From Phoronis australis (Eukaryota; Animalia; Phoronida): a stretch of DNA of 64,000 nt. This document shows, piece by piece, positions 1 to 12,100 of the stretch. The notes beneath the pieces were generated by a model. It saw only the letters and a list, made by a program, of their open reading frames with translations. It was not told the DNA's origin and made no database searches. Location of the stretch: the NCBI GenBank assembly GCA_002633005.1, contig NMRA01000743.1, positions 1-64,000 of the forward strand, written 5' to 3'. A program made the position numbers and the translations under genes. How positions within the stretch are numbered: the stretch's first letter is position 1; each line of letters starts with the position of its first letter.

Positions 1-197
1 AACACACCTTAACAAAGGGTTTATGGTTCTTGGCTGAGAAGATAGTTTTTTGATTACCCCCTGTGGATTCAGTTGATGAGCCGGGAATGCTCATTCAGAC
101 ACAGTGCTTTACCAGGGATGGAACTTCACTCTGATTGTTTCTCTTGGCGACGTGTCATAACAGAATTGCGTTGTGATAGACCATAATGGTATCCAGG

Positions 198-910
198 TCA
201 CCCACTCGGGGATAGCTGAAATTCTTGAACAAACCGCAAGTCTTTGTTTGGCAGACGGCATAAGATTTCACACCTATGTTGGCTTTTAGATGAGAATTGC
301 CTAACAAATTATTTGTTTTCACTTTTTCATTCTTTTGATGCACTAGCCAACACAAATCAATCATGATAAGATGGGCAGTTTATAGTCATCATCATACTTG
401 TAATATGCGAAGTGCGACAAACAATGATCATAGTCAGTAGCAAATACATAGCAACTGGACTCGCCTATACTACTAGCGCTCCTACTGAGAAAAATAAATA
501 TGCACAGGGTCGTCGGATTTATCTTGGTTATTAAGGATAGCTTTCTTTATTGATGCTTGTGACAAATACTGATCGTTAATTGAAAAAACACAAAGAAGAC
601 TCAAAAGCAGTAATTTTGGACTGGGTGTGAGCAGACGGAGTTTGGACACAAAAATTATTGAATAGCTCCATAATGCGTGATAAATGTCTTCCATTAACGT
701 AAATGTGCATCTCCTGCATCTACATCCATGGCGATGCATTTTAAAAAAAAAATGCTTACTGAAACATTTCGCGAGTATCTAAGCCTCAGGCGTTCATCTA
801 TTGTCTTTGTGTATGGTTTTGGCTGGGTGTTCTTGTGTATGTCATTGCATTAGTTATGGTTATATTGAACCCCGGAAAAATGTCCAAATCTGACATACTT
901 CAGAACATAT
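198..910 (-). pseudogene. Possible 3' part of a multi-exon gene or pseudogene (putative exons 910-760, 568-486, 300-198), product unknown
   Basis: AG/GT-flanked segments with compatible phases (2-0, 0-2, 2-stop) and ~190-bp introns. Joined translation YVLKYVRFGHFSGVQYNHN*CNDIHKNTQPKPYTKTIDERLRLRYSRNVS|YLSQASIKKAILNNQDKSDDPVHIYFSQ|QFSSKSQHRCEILCRLPNKDLRFVQEFQLSPSG* has one in-frame TAA. No family recognised. Confidence 0.3.
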
Positions 911-1919
911 CTAAAAATGTCCGATTCAGGATTCATGCGGAACTTTCATATACCATGCTTTATGCGCAGTACTCCAAAATCATTGCTAGGAATTGCTACT
1001 TTCGCATGAGGGCTATCAAATTATAGGACTCCTGATTTTTATAAAAAACACGAGAAGTTGTATAAAACGAAAATAAAATGATAACAGTGACAAGATTGTC
1101 ATAATTATTTAATATGAACAAGAGCTGTTTTCTGAATAATGAATTTTTATTTTATTTTTATCTTGTGCACTTAACGTAAGCTACTTTCATGAGCCTAAAT
1201 TTCAGAGCCCACATAAAGTGTTTCCTTTTGTGACAAAAACTGTCGTAACAAGAATATTTATGGCTGTTAATGGACACTTAACGAAAACTGGAATTACATC
1301 AAGTTACATTATCTTCCTTTTTTATAGTATTCAAACTGTGTTTGTGAATCATAGAACCATTTCCACGGTTTCAGAAAATGACAATTATTGATTTTATAAT
1401 CCTTTATTAAAACCTATGCTGCTATAAAATGTCAGCTTGAACTGAAAAGAAACAGAACAAAAATTACAATAATTTGACAGACATCGTTGGGAGATTGATT
1501 TTTTGAGTATCAATCTCTGTCAATCAATATTTGCAATTTAATCATCAGCTGTATACTGGCAATAAACGCCTCATTAATTTCAGCTTACGTGTGGCTAGGA
1601 AAGAAAACCTATTGTTTTCCCATCTGAAGCGAATACTTTCAACTTTTTTCTTCATTCCTACATAAGAATTGACAAGCTTTAGTTTGACTAGTACTGACTC
1701 ACAGTCTTTAGTATGTTTCTTAATTTCAGTGAAACCCGTATTACGGAAAGAGATTTGTTATGTGTTTGATGAATGAATAACCATATTGCTCATTAAAATC
1801 CATGGATATGTGGGCCGCTGTTTGGATAATTTTGTCTAATAAACTTCAACATATGGGGAAGTTGTTTTCTCTGGTGAATGAAATTCAGTGGGTCCATGGG
1901 AAATTTAAAAAATTAAGTA

Positions 1920-3240
1920 CCGTAATCGTTCGGGTTAACGCCCTGGGCGGTTAAATTGGTGAATCCAAAAAATCGGGGAGGGCGGTTATCCGAGCAGTGG
2001 GCGGTTAAATCGAAAATCCACCTACAGTAGGGGATGGGCGGTTAACCAAAAGTGGGCGCTTATTACGACAGACAACCGCCCTGGGCGGTTAATCTTACCT
2101 GGCGATCTAAATCCCGAGACGACAATCATACTCGGAACTCGTAGCCCTTTTCAAAGAGCTTTATCGTCACGTCGCCAAATGACTGAAAACGTCATAACAG
2201 TGGATGATCCCAACAAAGGCTCTCTTGCCCTCAGATTAGTCATTCACTATTAAATTTACAAAATTGCTGAGTAATAGCCCCGTGCCGTCCTGCGGTGCGC
2301 AGACGACCAGTGACCACGCAGCCTCCACTAAAATTAAAACTATTTCAAGATGTGACCCTGCTTAAGTGCGCGCATGCAAGCTTCACGTGTTACAGAGGTC
2401 AGACATCAAATTTATGGTTACAGTCTCGTACTATATGTAGCTGTCAAGTTCTGAGTCAGACAGCAGTTTTAAAAGTGGTTGTAATAAAAGTTTGAAAAAC
2501 TTAACTCTGCTGTTTTTTGTGTTTGGGATGTTATAGTCGACACTCCGTGACTCAATGACATTTTCAGTGTATGGTTCTGCGGCTAGCTGTCTTATCTCGA
2601 CAGCCCTGCATTGCTCTCTTGCCGTTGCGCCAAACATGCTATGCAAAGAAATAAGACAAGGATCGGGGGTGGTCGAGCCAGTCGTCGATCAAGAATAAAA
2701 TTTCAAGCAACTGCATAAATATGTTACAAAATGTCAGAAAACAGCAATGTTTCAATTCATTATTCTAAACGATCACCTTACCAAACTTCGTGGTGGGGGG
2801 GGAAACATTTATTTTTCATGCAAGATGTCCAGCTTATCCTGTAATATCGCACTGCGGCACTGTTCGGTCCGCTGTTATCGCGCAATGTCTCAGTCGGCTG
2901 ACAATCGTGACTTGGAAATGCCGTCAAGTAATGTAACGGCCTCTTTCAATATGCATCTCGTTTTTTATGGCCAAAGATAGTGGCGGTATTCAGCACGCAC
3001 GTGTGAGTCACCTGTCAATCACATGTTGGTGTCAAGGTAACATGCACTACAAANGGCGCTAAATCTTCATTCTTTAAAGTCGGGGATGGGCGCTTAACCG
3101 AGAGGTGGGCGCTTAACTGGAAACCTTCAAAAATCGCAGGGGGCGCCAATAATCGAGCAGTGGGCGGTTAAATCGAAAATCCACTTAAAGTCGGGGATGG
3201 GCGGTTAACTGAGCATGGGCGTTAACCCGAACGATTACGG
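1920..3240. mobile_element. Non-autonomous DNA transposon, TA target, CCGTA termini (Tc1/mariner superfamily, pogo/Tc2-like)
   Basis: TIR CCGTAATCGTTCGGGTTAACGCCC at 1920 and its exact reverse complement ending 3240. TA on both flanks. Many subterminal GGGCGGTTAA repeats. No transposase ORF. Confidence 0.9.
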
Positions 3241-4619
3241 TATGTCCGGGCGGTTCGTAAAAATTTACCCTCATGAAATTAGATGAACTCAAAGACATCT
3301 ACATGCTTTATTTTATTTTAACTTCTTATATAAAATAAGTAAATAACACTGAGAAACCATTTCAATGCCTGGTTCCAGTGGTTTCCAGAATTGAATCCTG
3401 CTGCAAATATTTACAGGATTTTTGATGGGGTACATTCTCATGTATCGGTTACAGGATACGAGACGTATCCCTTACACCCAGCATCACATCATGACTTCTG
3501 GAACTGAATTCTTTGTGAAAAGTTAGCCTAAAGTTGTAATAATTTTTTAACAAAAGAAATGAGATACAACTTAGCTGAAAATATATGCATAAGGTTTCTG
3601 TTCTCTGGTAAATATGGATAAAGATTAATTCTGTTTAATAAACTCTTTGAACTATGGTAGATAATTGGCCTGCAAGTCCTGACACTGGACAAAATTGATA
3701 TCTAGATTTAGCCTCCATTTGGAAACCTCTGTCTGGAGTTGAAGCCCGTCAGGATGTTTTTGTAATGCATGTGTTACGTAATTTATAGAACAACCTGGCT
3801 AGGTTTTTCACCACTCTTATGCTTCAGAAACCTTTGTTGACCAGCTGACCCACATGTGCGCTAAAGGACTAATATGCATTTTCAGACTCAAGCTTGAGTA
3901 TTTAACTGGATTGACCATGCGGAAGTAGATGTGGATTTGTGTTACCTGGGTTACTTGGTAAATTATTAGACTTACGTGCATGTTAAGTGTAAGAGATGGT
4001 GATTTCGCGTGTTTCTCAGATCTTTCTACATGACAATTAATCTAGCTTTATCAAACTATTACTTTTTACCGTCCATGGTGTTAGTTGCCTTAGTGAGACT
4101 GATGACAGTTTGATGCGAGGATCGCGTGGTCTTTGTCCTTCAGTTTACCGCTTGTCATTGTTAAGTAACTAACAAACAACACTTTCTGACAATCAAATCA
4201 AATCAAAATACCAATAACAACATCAAGTGTCAGTGACGGTGAAGGATTGAAAGACAGAGATGGGAAAAAACTCCCTATCTGCAGATGAAAGCATGAAGTT
4301 TAATGGCAATGTATTCATAACCATTAAATGATGGTCATTACATCCAGGGAGACCTTCAGAAGGCTTTGGAAGCCGCCAAGACCAAAAGCCAACTTATGAA
4401 TACATTCTGGTGATTCTGCTGACTTTGCAAAGGACCATGACACAAAAAATCTACGAACTGATGGCTGAAGATCAAACATTTTGATCAGTGAAACAGGATT
4501 AATAACAGTATTGATCTTAACTTTCAGAAGAGAAACATTACCTCAAATTTTAGACAACCGCTTGTCATTGGTAATGTCATCATCTCAATGTATAAATGTC
4601 ACCTGGAACCATTTTTATG

Positions 4620-4750
4620 TTTTATTAACATATAGTTAAAGCCAAGCTGAGGAGCTAGAAACCTGACTCGAGGGTTTAGCAGTGTGACACAGTCGGATTC
4701 GAACCCACGACGTCGAGTAAAGAAGCGGGCAGTGATTCACAATGATTAGT
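4620..4750 (-). mobile_element. Degenerate tRNA-derived SINE fragment
   Basis: Minus strand reads GTGGGTTCGAATCCGACTG (Pol III B-box/T-arm), followed by a non-tRNA body and AATAAA. No complete cloverleaf. Confidence 0.4.
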
Positions 4751-4792
4751 GTTCCCTCACATTAATTTGTTATAATTGAAGATTCTGGTTTA

Positions 4793-4894
4793 ATAGTCAA
4801 ATCCACGGGTCCCAGGTTTTGAGCACCAGTTTGATGCCCATTACTCAGTGGATGAAACTGGTTCTCAAAATGTGGGGACCCCTTAAGTGACTAT
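4793..4894. mobile_element. ~100-bp hairpin mini-MITE (related copies ~11503-11585 and ~28268-28368)
   Basis: Ends ATAGTCA...TGACTAT. Internal inverted repeat TTTTGAGCACCAGTTT / AAACTGGTTCTCAAAA. The same core recurs twice elsewhere in the window. Confidence 0.7.
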
Positions 4895-5523
4895 TGACCA
4901 TTTTGCTTTGGATCCCTGCTTCATTTTATGACATAAGAATCCAAGAAAGAGTATAAATGTTCTGTAATTGTTGATGAAACCTTAGTCTGGTTATTGAGTG
5001 GTTTTTCTTTTATGGCACAGTGAATATTGAAAAGGAAATGATAAGAAAATGAGGAAACTTCTGTAACCTGACGCCATCAGCACAAAGCTTGTTAACAAAT
5101 GTCAAATCCTTGACTGTCACTTTATGATAAACGGTGTAATTACTGAAGAGGTTGTACTCCCTCTCTCATACTGATCATTACAAGAATAGGTTCTTTAAGC
5201 TGATGTGATGATCCCTCGTTGCACGGCAACCCAACAAGATTCAGAATCTTGGCAGTACCATTGCTTGATACAATGAATGTGATATTGCCAACCACTGCTA
5301 TTCATTCGCTTTCATAAGTGCACTGCGCTTACAGCAATGAAGCTTGTAATTGTTGACGACAAGAATTTCTACTTTAATTGTACTGTGCACACGCTGACAC
5401 TCTCAGGTCGGCATATGTAGCTCTGTGACGATTCTGTGCCTCCTTATCCGGATGAATTTTAGTAACGCATTCCCAAAGACTAATGAATTAATTCACAACT
5501 TCTCCACAGAAAGCCGTAAACAA

Positions 5524-7247
5524 TTTTTATGCCCCTACATATTTATATGTGGACACATTATGCATCATCTCCGTCCGTCTGTCCGTCCGGGCGGCGTCTA
5601 TCCGGCGTCCATCCGGCGTCCGGCGTCCGCTGCTCTATCTCCAAAACCCTTTGACATACGTTCATGAAATTTGTCACAATTGTTCCATTCATGAATGGGA
5701 CGGCATGAGCGAACTTTCAGACGGATCCGACAACCTGTATGTCCTCTAGTGACAATTTTAGTTTTTTACGCTTATCTTTGTATCTTCAAAGTCCTGAACT
5801 GATTTTCATGAAATTTGGGGTGTAGGCACCTATTAGTGAGATGACGCTATCCTCTCGTTTTCAGATGGATTCGACGTAGTTTGCGCCACCTAGTGGCCAT
5901 TTTTACTGTTTTTGAGTCTGTTTTTTGCGTCCACCCCTCTATCAACCAAAGGATGATTGTGAAAATTGGCATATATGTGCTTAGTATGAAGAGGACGGTT
6001 GACGATGATTTTCCGACGACTTCGACTACTGTGGCGCCTCCTAGTGGCGTTTTTTTGCGCCTGGGGCTGTATCTCCTAAACCGTTCACAGGATCTTTACA
6101 AAATTTAGTAAATATATTTATATGATGTTAACAACGAACGACGACGACTTTTGGACAGATTGGACTACCGGTATGCCCCCTAGTGGCTATTTTATTTTTT
6201 TACGTTTACCTTTGTATCTTCAAAAGTCCTTAACAGATTTTCGTGAAATTTAATATGTAGGCACAGAGGGGACGCTATCCACCCGTTTTCGGATGGATTC
6301 GACGTAGTTTGCGCCACCTAGTGGCCATTTTTACTGTTTTCGAGTCTGTTTTTTGCATCCACCCCTCTATCAACCAAACCGCTCAAAGGATGATTGTGAA
6401 AATTGGCAGGCATGTGCTTACTATAAAGAGCACAGTTGGCGATGATTTTCTGACGATTTGGACTACTGTGGCGCCTCGTAGTGGCAGTTTTGTTTTTGTT
6501 TTTGTTGCGTCTATGGCTGTATCTCCTAAACCGTTCACAGATCTTTACTTAATTAATAGCAAGTGTATTTATATGATGTTGACTACGGATTACGACTTTC
6601 GGACAGATCTGACTACTGCTGTGCCCCCTAGAGGCAATTTTAGTTTTTTTACGTTTAACTCAGTTGCTTCAAAGGTCCTCAACAGATTTTCATAAAATTT
6701 TAAATATAGGCATCTTTTAGTGGGATGACGCTATGTTCCTGTTTTTGGATGGAATCGAGGTATTTTGCACCACCTGGTGGCCATTTTTGCTGTTTTCAAA
6801 TCTTTTTTTTGGTGTCCACCCCTGTTTCAACCAAATCATTTGAAAATTGGCATATATGTTCTCACTCAGTGAAGACGACCTTTGATGATGGTGACTGACT
6901 ACTGTTGCGCCTCCTAATGGTAGTTTTGTTTTTGCGCTCATAGTTGTATCTCCTAAACTCACTGCAGGATCTTTATTAAATTTAGTAAGTGTATTTATAT
7001 GAAGATAACAGACGATGATGACAACTTTCAGGCGGATCCAACGGACAGTGTGCACACTAGCGGCAATTTCATTTTATTCTGTTTTCCTTTGTTTCTCTGA
7101 AGTTCCTCGACAGATTTTTATGAAATATGGCATTTTCCTGTTTTTGCGCCATCTAGGCTATTTGTATGATACAACTAACTAACCCTAAAAGCACACCATT
7201 TGCAATGCATTCTGGGGGCGCATTTCAACGCTCTGCATTGCTCTTGT
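5524..7247 (+). mobile_element. Helentron-associated non-autonomous element (HINE/DINE-1-like) with internal tandem array
   Basis: 5' TTTTATGCCCC plus a short hairpin, then a (CCGT/CGTC) microsatellite at 5570-5630, ~430-bp tandem units (5881 vs 6309), and a 3' end GGGGGCGCATTTCAACGCTCTGCATTGCTCTTGTT. T-rich insertion site. Confidence 0.8.
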
Positions 7248-7919
7248 TCAACATTCAAGATGTGGCATAATGAATGTGAAATTTTTCTCTCACTTGTAAA
7301 TCACCGATCTCCAGTTTGAATACGGGTATCGTGTCATCAGGATCTTTGACTTGAGAATTATATTCAGTTACCAGTGGTAACCTACTTTAGCAGACGATAA
7401 TTTCCCGGTCGAAGCTTGTGTGAAAAAAACGTGTTTTAAGCTATAATAGTTGGTAAACCTTAATTTATAAATTCAATTTATTTCTATTATATTTAAGTTT
7501 TCAATTGGTTTTGAATAAAAGCATTATTTGACAAAAATATCCCGGCTTTTCTTAAAAGGTCATGACCTCCGACCCCGGGCCTCTGACGTAGAGAGTAGTT
7601 ACAAAGCCGTGGAGAGTCAGAAAAGGTAAATCGATTCATTGCAATGTTTTTCGTTTAGTATAATTCTCCAAAATCCACTCGGGCTCTAGATAACGGGGGG
7701 ATAACGACTTCGCCATGTAATAATCTATATAGATCTTTCTGTACAAATAATAGAAAAACTCTGACACCCAGTACTCCTCACAGACTCAAAAGAGAACAGT
7801 TTTGGATAGATAAGCTTAACACACTTGAACCCGATAGATTAAACATAAAGACTTCTTAAAAATCATATCCTTTACTTTTTTACGCAACAATTTATCATGT
7901 TCATTACGCCAAATATCAG

Positions 7920-8921
7920 ATGTTATTTGTCATTTCGTTTACTACGAAAGGTTCGTGGTCTTGCGCACAGAAAACTCTATCATTACAGGCTACTAAGGCA
8001 GTGAATTTGATGAGAAAAAATGTCAATGGTTTTAATGCACTCCCTGTTAAAGTTAGTTTAAAATTATTCGATTGTAAAATATTGCCGATACTTCATTATG
8101 GCTGTGAGATCTGGGGTTTTAATGATTGCGAATGTATTGAAATAGTCCACACAAAATTTTGTAAAGAAATTTTAAATTTGCCTAGCACGGCAATTTCATC
8201 GACTGCTAGAGGTGAGATGGGTCGTTACTCCTTGATTGCTTACCGACTTCCTAGAATTATGAAATATTGGTTAAAACTATTAAAAACCGATGAGTCAAAA
8301 ATTACATATCATTGCTATGAATGGCAGTACAATATGACGGAAAATGTTAATAAACCGTGCTGGGTTAATGATGTTAAGAAATTGTTATTTCAGTTTGGTT
8401 TTGGAGAAGCATGGTATAATCAGGGTGTAGGTTCCGAGACAAGCTTCATATCACTTTTTAAACAAAGATGCAAAGATATTGATCAGCAAAAATGGCAAGA
8501 TATTTTGAACAATTCGATTAAGCTGGAAACTTACAGAACTTTTAAGTTAAATATATGTTTTGAAAACTATTTAGATGTAATTGACAATGTAAATGTTAGA
8601 TCTGATATGGTGAGATTGAGATGTTCAGCGCATGCACTAATGATTGAAAAGGGTAGACACTTGAAACTTAACAGAACAGAAAGGTTATGCCCTCTCTGTG
8701 TTAGGACATATGTCGAGTCGGAATATCATTTTGTTATCGAATGCCCATTCTACGATGACCTTAGGAAACGATATTTGCCTGCATGGAGCTACAACAATCC
8801 CAATGTTACAAAATTCAACAGACTCATGACTATGGAGGAAAAAGATCTTATATGGTCAACATGTAAATATGTTCATTTCGCATTCAAGCGAAGAAGAATT
8901 CGGTTTACTTCTAGTGTTTGA
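7920..8921 (+). mobile_element. 5'-truncated non-LTR retrotransposon, post-RT and C-terminal CCHC region (RTE-X/CR1-group-like)
   Basis: Uninterrupted 333-aa frame with LHYGCEIWG, RGEMGRY, IMKYW, LRCSAHALMIEKGR and RLCPLC...ESEYHFVIEC. Short 3'UTR, AATAAA and (TA)n tail to ~8997. Confidence 0.9.
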
Positions 8922-8994
8922 CACTTACCTTTATTGTATTTGATGATTTGATTGTAACAAGGGCCGGAGGCCTAGTTATTGAATAAATATATAT

Positions 8995-9124
8995 ATATCG
9001 TGTTTGATTTTACTTCATTTCTATTTCTGTTGACAAAGGATGTGATTATATCCGAAAATTTCAGTTGATCCATTGTTGTTTTATTTACCTATATATATTC
9101 TACATTTCGTCAAACATTAGTATC
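8995..9124 (+). mobile_element. Penelope-like terminal-repeat fragment with hammerhead-like motif (same family as 44623-44830)
   Basis: Reverse-complement match to 44623-44760. Motif CTG-TTGACAAA-GGATGT(gatt)ATATCC-GAAA-ATTT-CAG. Confidence 0.55.
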
Positions 9125-12100
9125 TTTTAGAGGATCTGGATGGCCTCTTTTAGTTTAAGATTTGTTTTCTACATTATCAAAAAATATAGGTATTAATTCA
9201 GTAAAAGTATATATATATATTGAAAGCAGAAAGTCTGAAGAATTGGTCTGTAGACTTTTCACAACTTTGCCATTAACTTGGTGATGTGACCATGTCTTTT
9301 TAGTCTTTTTAAGAGAATGGAAAGGTATGTACATTGATAGCAAAACAATGTTACCAATACCATGACAACCATGACAAAATTTTGTTTGATATACATAAAG
9401 GTGCAAGATAGAATCTCAAAATCACTGTCACAGTTTTCTTAATTATTTGCTTTTCGTTTTGTGCAATTTTTCACGAAGGTCATATAACTCTTACTTTTTG
9501 ATAGCCCCTCATCCAAAAGGGGGTCATTTTAAAAACAATTTGTGATAATAGTGTATAAATTTTCATACGAGTCTGATCAGCCAATTCTGAGATCTCATGT
9601 TCCGAATTCAGAAATTTTTGAACATTTTCTAGGGTCCTACGTAACCTTAGCATTATAATTAGACATTAAGTCTTCAAGCATATTCACTTGTTCAGGTGGT
9701 ATTCTGCTTGTTTCTCGTGTCAATGTGACAACATATGTTTTCTCAATAAGTGCATCAGATTTTAGGGGTTATTTTATCCAATGACCTGCATCATGTCATC
9801 CGTTGGGAAGAGACTACGAAACCGTCATGTTTTACAACAAAAATTCTGAGAAATCCTTAAAAGTTGATTGAATTCCATTTGACGCCAATGCCTGCTTTGG
9901 CTTTTTTTACTCGTCTGATTTTGTGAGGAATATTCGATGAATTGGTTCTCTATACATTATCAGCTAATCGTAGGAAGTGTCAGTTTCTTTATTTCATCAT
10001 GGACCTAGGGAAAGAGTGTTTACACTACTTTTAGTCTATTTGGTAAATCATTAATTAGGTGTGTTGGACATTAGTTGTTTAGTATGTTGTTGTTACATAA
10101 TTATGCATTGGTGTAATCGTTAATTAATAAGCTAAGGGCTTAATTAGGAAGTAATTAACTAGTTGGCTGTGAACTATCATTTTCGCTTATTTCAACAGCC
10201 TTTCACTGCAGTAGAAAACTTTGATTATGGCTTTTGCTAACTTTTGTTGGCAAGTTCTAGTTCAGTTGATCAGTAATCAGCCTGACAGTGTAGAGCAGAA
10301 ACAGTATCCCACTAATTACATGAATGAGATAAGGTAGCATGCTACTGATAAAAGAATTTGATCGCTTAATTGGATTTACCTCAATCTGTGAATTTGAAAG
10401 TTAACTTATAATGACCAGTGTTGTTTTGTCACAAATTTCTTTTCAAAAGGTAGACTTTTTACTGGTAGTAATTAAGCTTGGAATGTACATTTACAACCTC
10501 ACGCTATTCCTAGATACTGCTAAAAATCTAAAACAGCCACCGTGAGCATTTCACTAGTTGGTTGAGTTTTGTTTCCGTAGTGATGCCCTTCTGTTTCTGC
10601 AACTCTCATAGTGATTCCATTAGTTGAGAATTAAGAAAGAAAACTTAAGGTTTTTGTATGAACTGAAATCAATTAAGTCAGCGGGAAATGTTATCTTTTT
10701 ATAGAGAATTTTGTCAGAAAACGGACATACTTCGCTAAAGCTGTTTTTACACAGGGAGCAGTTGGCATGGTGCGGCTTGCTACACTTAAGTCGCATGCGA
10801 TATTAGATCGCAAACTGGATCAGCATGAGTCATTTACACAAATACTGTCTGCACATGCTCGCATTAACAATAGCAAATGTCCAAGCGGATCACTCGAATG
10901 TACGATATTGCACAAGTGCATTGAAAGATGATCCCTTTTCTCCTTGCCCTAGTTGTGTTTTGACGCATATTTGACACTGGGCAACTGATCGGGTGCAACT
11001 TGCTTTACCTCTAAAACCGGTGTCAAAATAGACACCACGGTGTCAACTTGTGTCTTGTCAGTCATGTTTACTCACAATTGCAAGTCAATCGGCTTACAGA
11101 GCTTCCCAAGTTCAGCAGTAGCTACCTCTCTCATTATTTTCTATTAGTGCATGGTCGGTGCAAAAAGCGGAACTCAACAACAGACAGAAGAGGTTCTCTT
11201 CCATGTAATGAGGAAGGGTGGGGGTGCGGATACCCCTGCATATTCACAAGGGGGTGCGGATGCCCCTGCATATTCACAATGATGGCCAATGCAAAACTTG
11301 GTCAGCGGGAGAAAATGGTCACATTCTAGCTAAAACTTAAATCATGAAAAAGATTACTGACTGAGACAGAGTTAATTGCCCCATCAGCCACCCTTCCCCC
11401 CTTATCTCTAGTTCCTGTGTTAATTTAGTAACTTTAGACATGTCCACGCTAGTTGCCCAAGAAATGTTTGCCCAAAAGTAACTTGCCCCCGTTCTGATGT
11501 TTCACTTTCAGGGGTTTCACATTTGATATCCGTTATTCAGCGGAGAAAACTGGTCCTCAAAGTTTGCGCTCATGTAAGTGACTTAAGACTCAAGTCAGAA
11601 ATTTTGTCATACACTTTACACGTTGGCAACTATTTCTCAATTTTTATTACACCTCATGGCAAATATGGCACCACCAGCAATAGACACACGTCTGTATGCA
11701 ACACAACCTAGACCTTGTGACATTGCCAAACAGGTTTAGGCATTCATCTTTATGTAACTACGGTAAGCAATCCTGTATTCACACTATGATTTGTGCCAGG
11801 ACAAGTTACTTTAGAGCAAGTTACCCTACATCGATAAGGTGGTGAATTAGTTGTTGAACGTGCCAAGCTTCCTCATCGCAAATAGCATCCTCCCAACTAC
11901 TAAGCCTAGTGACATCCCGTTCCAGGTGTAATTTATTCTAGTGTTACAGCAGTACTCAGTGGATGGGATTTACAGGACTTAAGACTGCTTCAAGTGGCCT
12001 CAGTAAACCTCCCTCAGATGAGGTATAAACGTTGTTGACTACAGCATATAGGTGTTTAATGACTACAGTGTCTGTATTCCACTTATTTGGTCGCTGCGGC

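Noticed and set aside
4685-4720. tRNA gene
   Set aside because: Only a B-box/T-arm is present, with no full cloverleaf. Treated as a SINE remnant.
5881-7055. ORFs of 75-128 aa (MRHLVAIF...)
   Set aside because: Chance frames within the HINE tandem repeats.
5700-7160. Regularly spaced repeats as a CRISPR-like array
   Set aside because: The intervening sequences are homologous to each other (satellite subunits), the spacing is ~145 bp, and there are no cas genes.
11220-11279. Two-copy ~30-bp tandem repeat
   Set aside because: Simple local duplication with no further structure.
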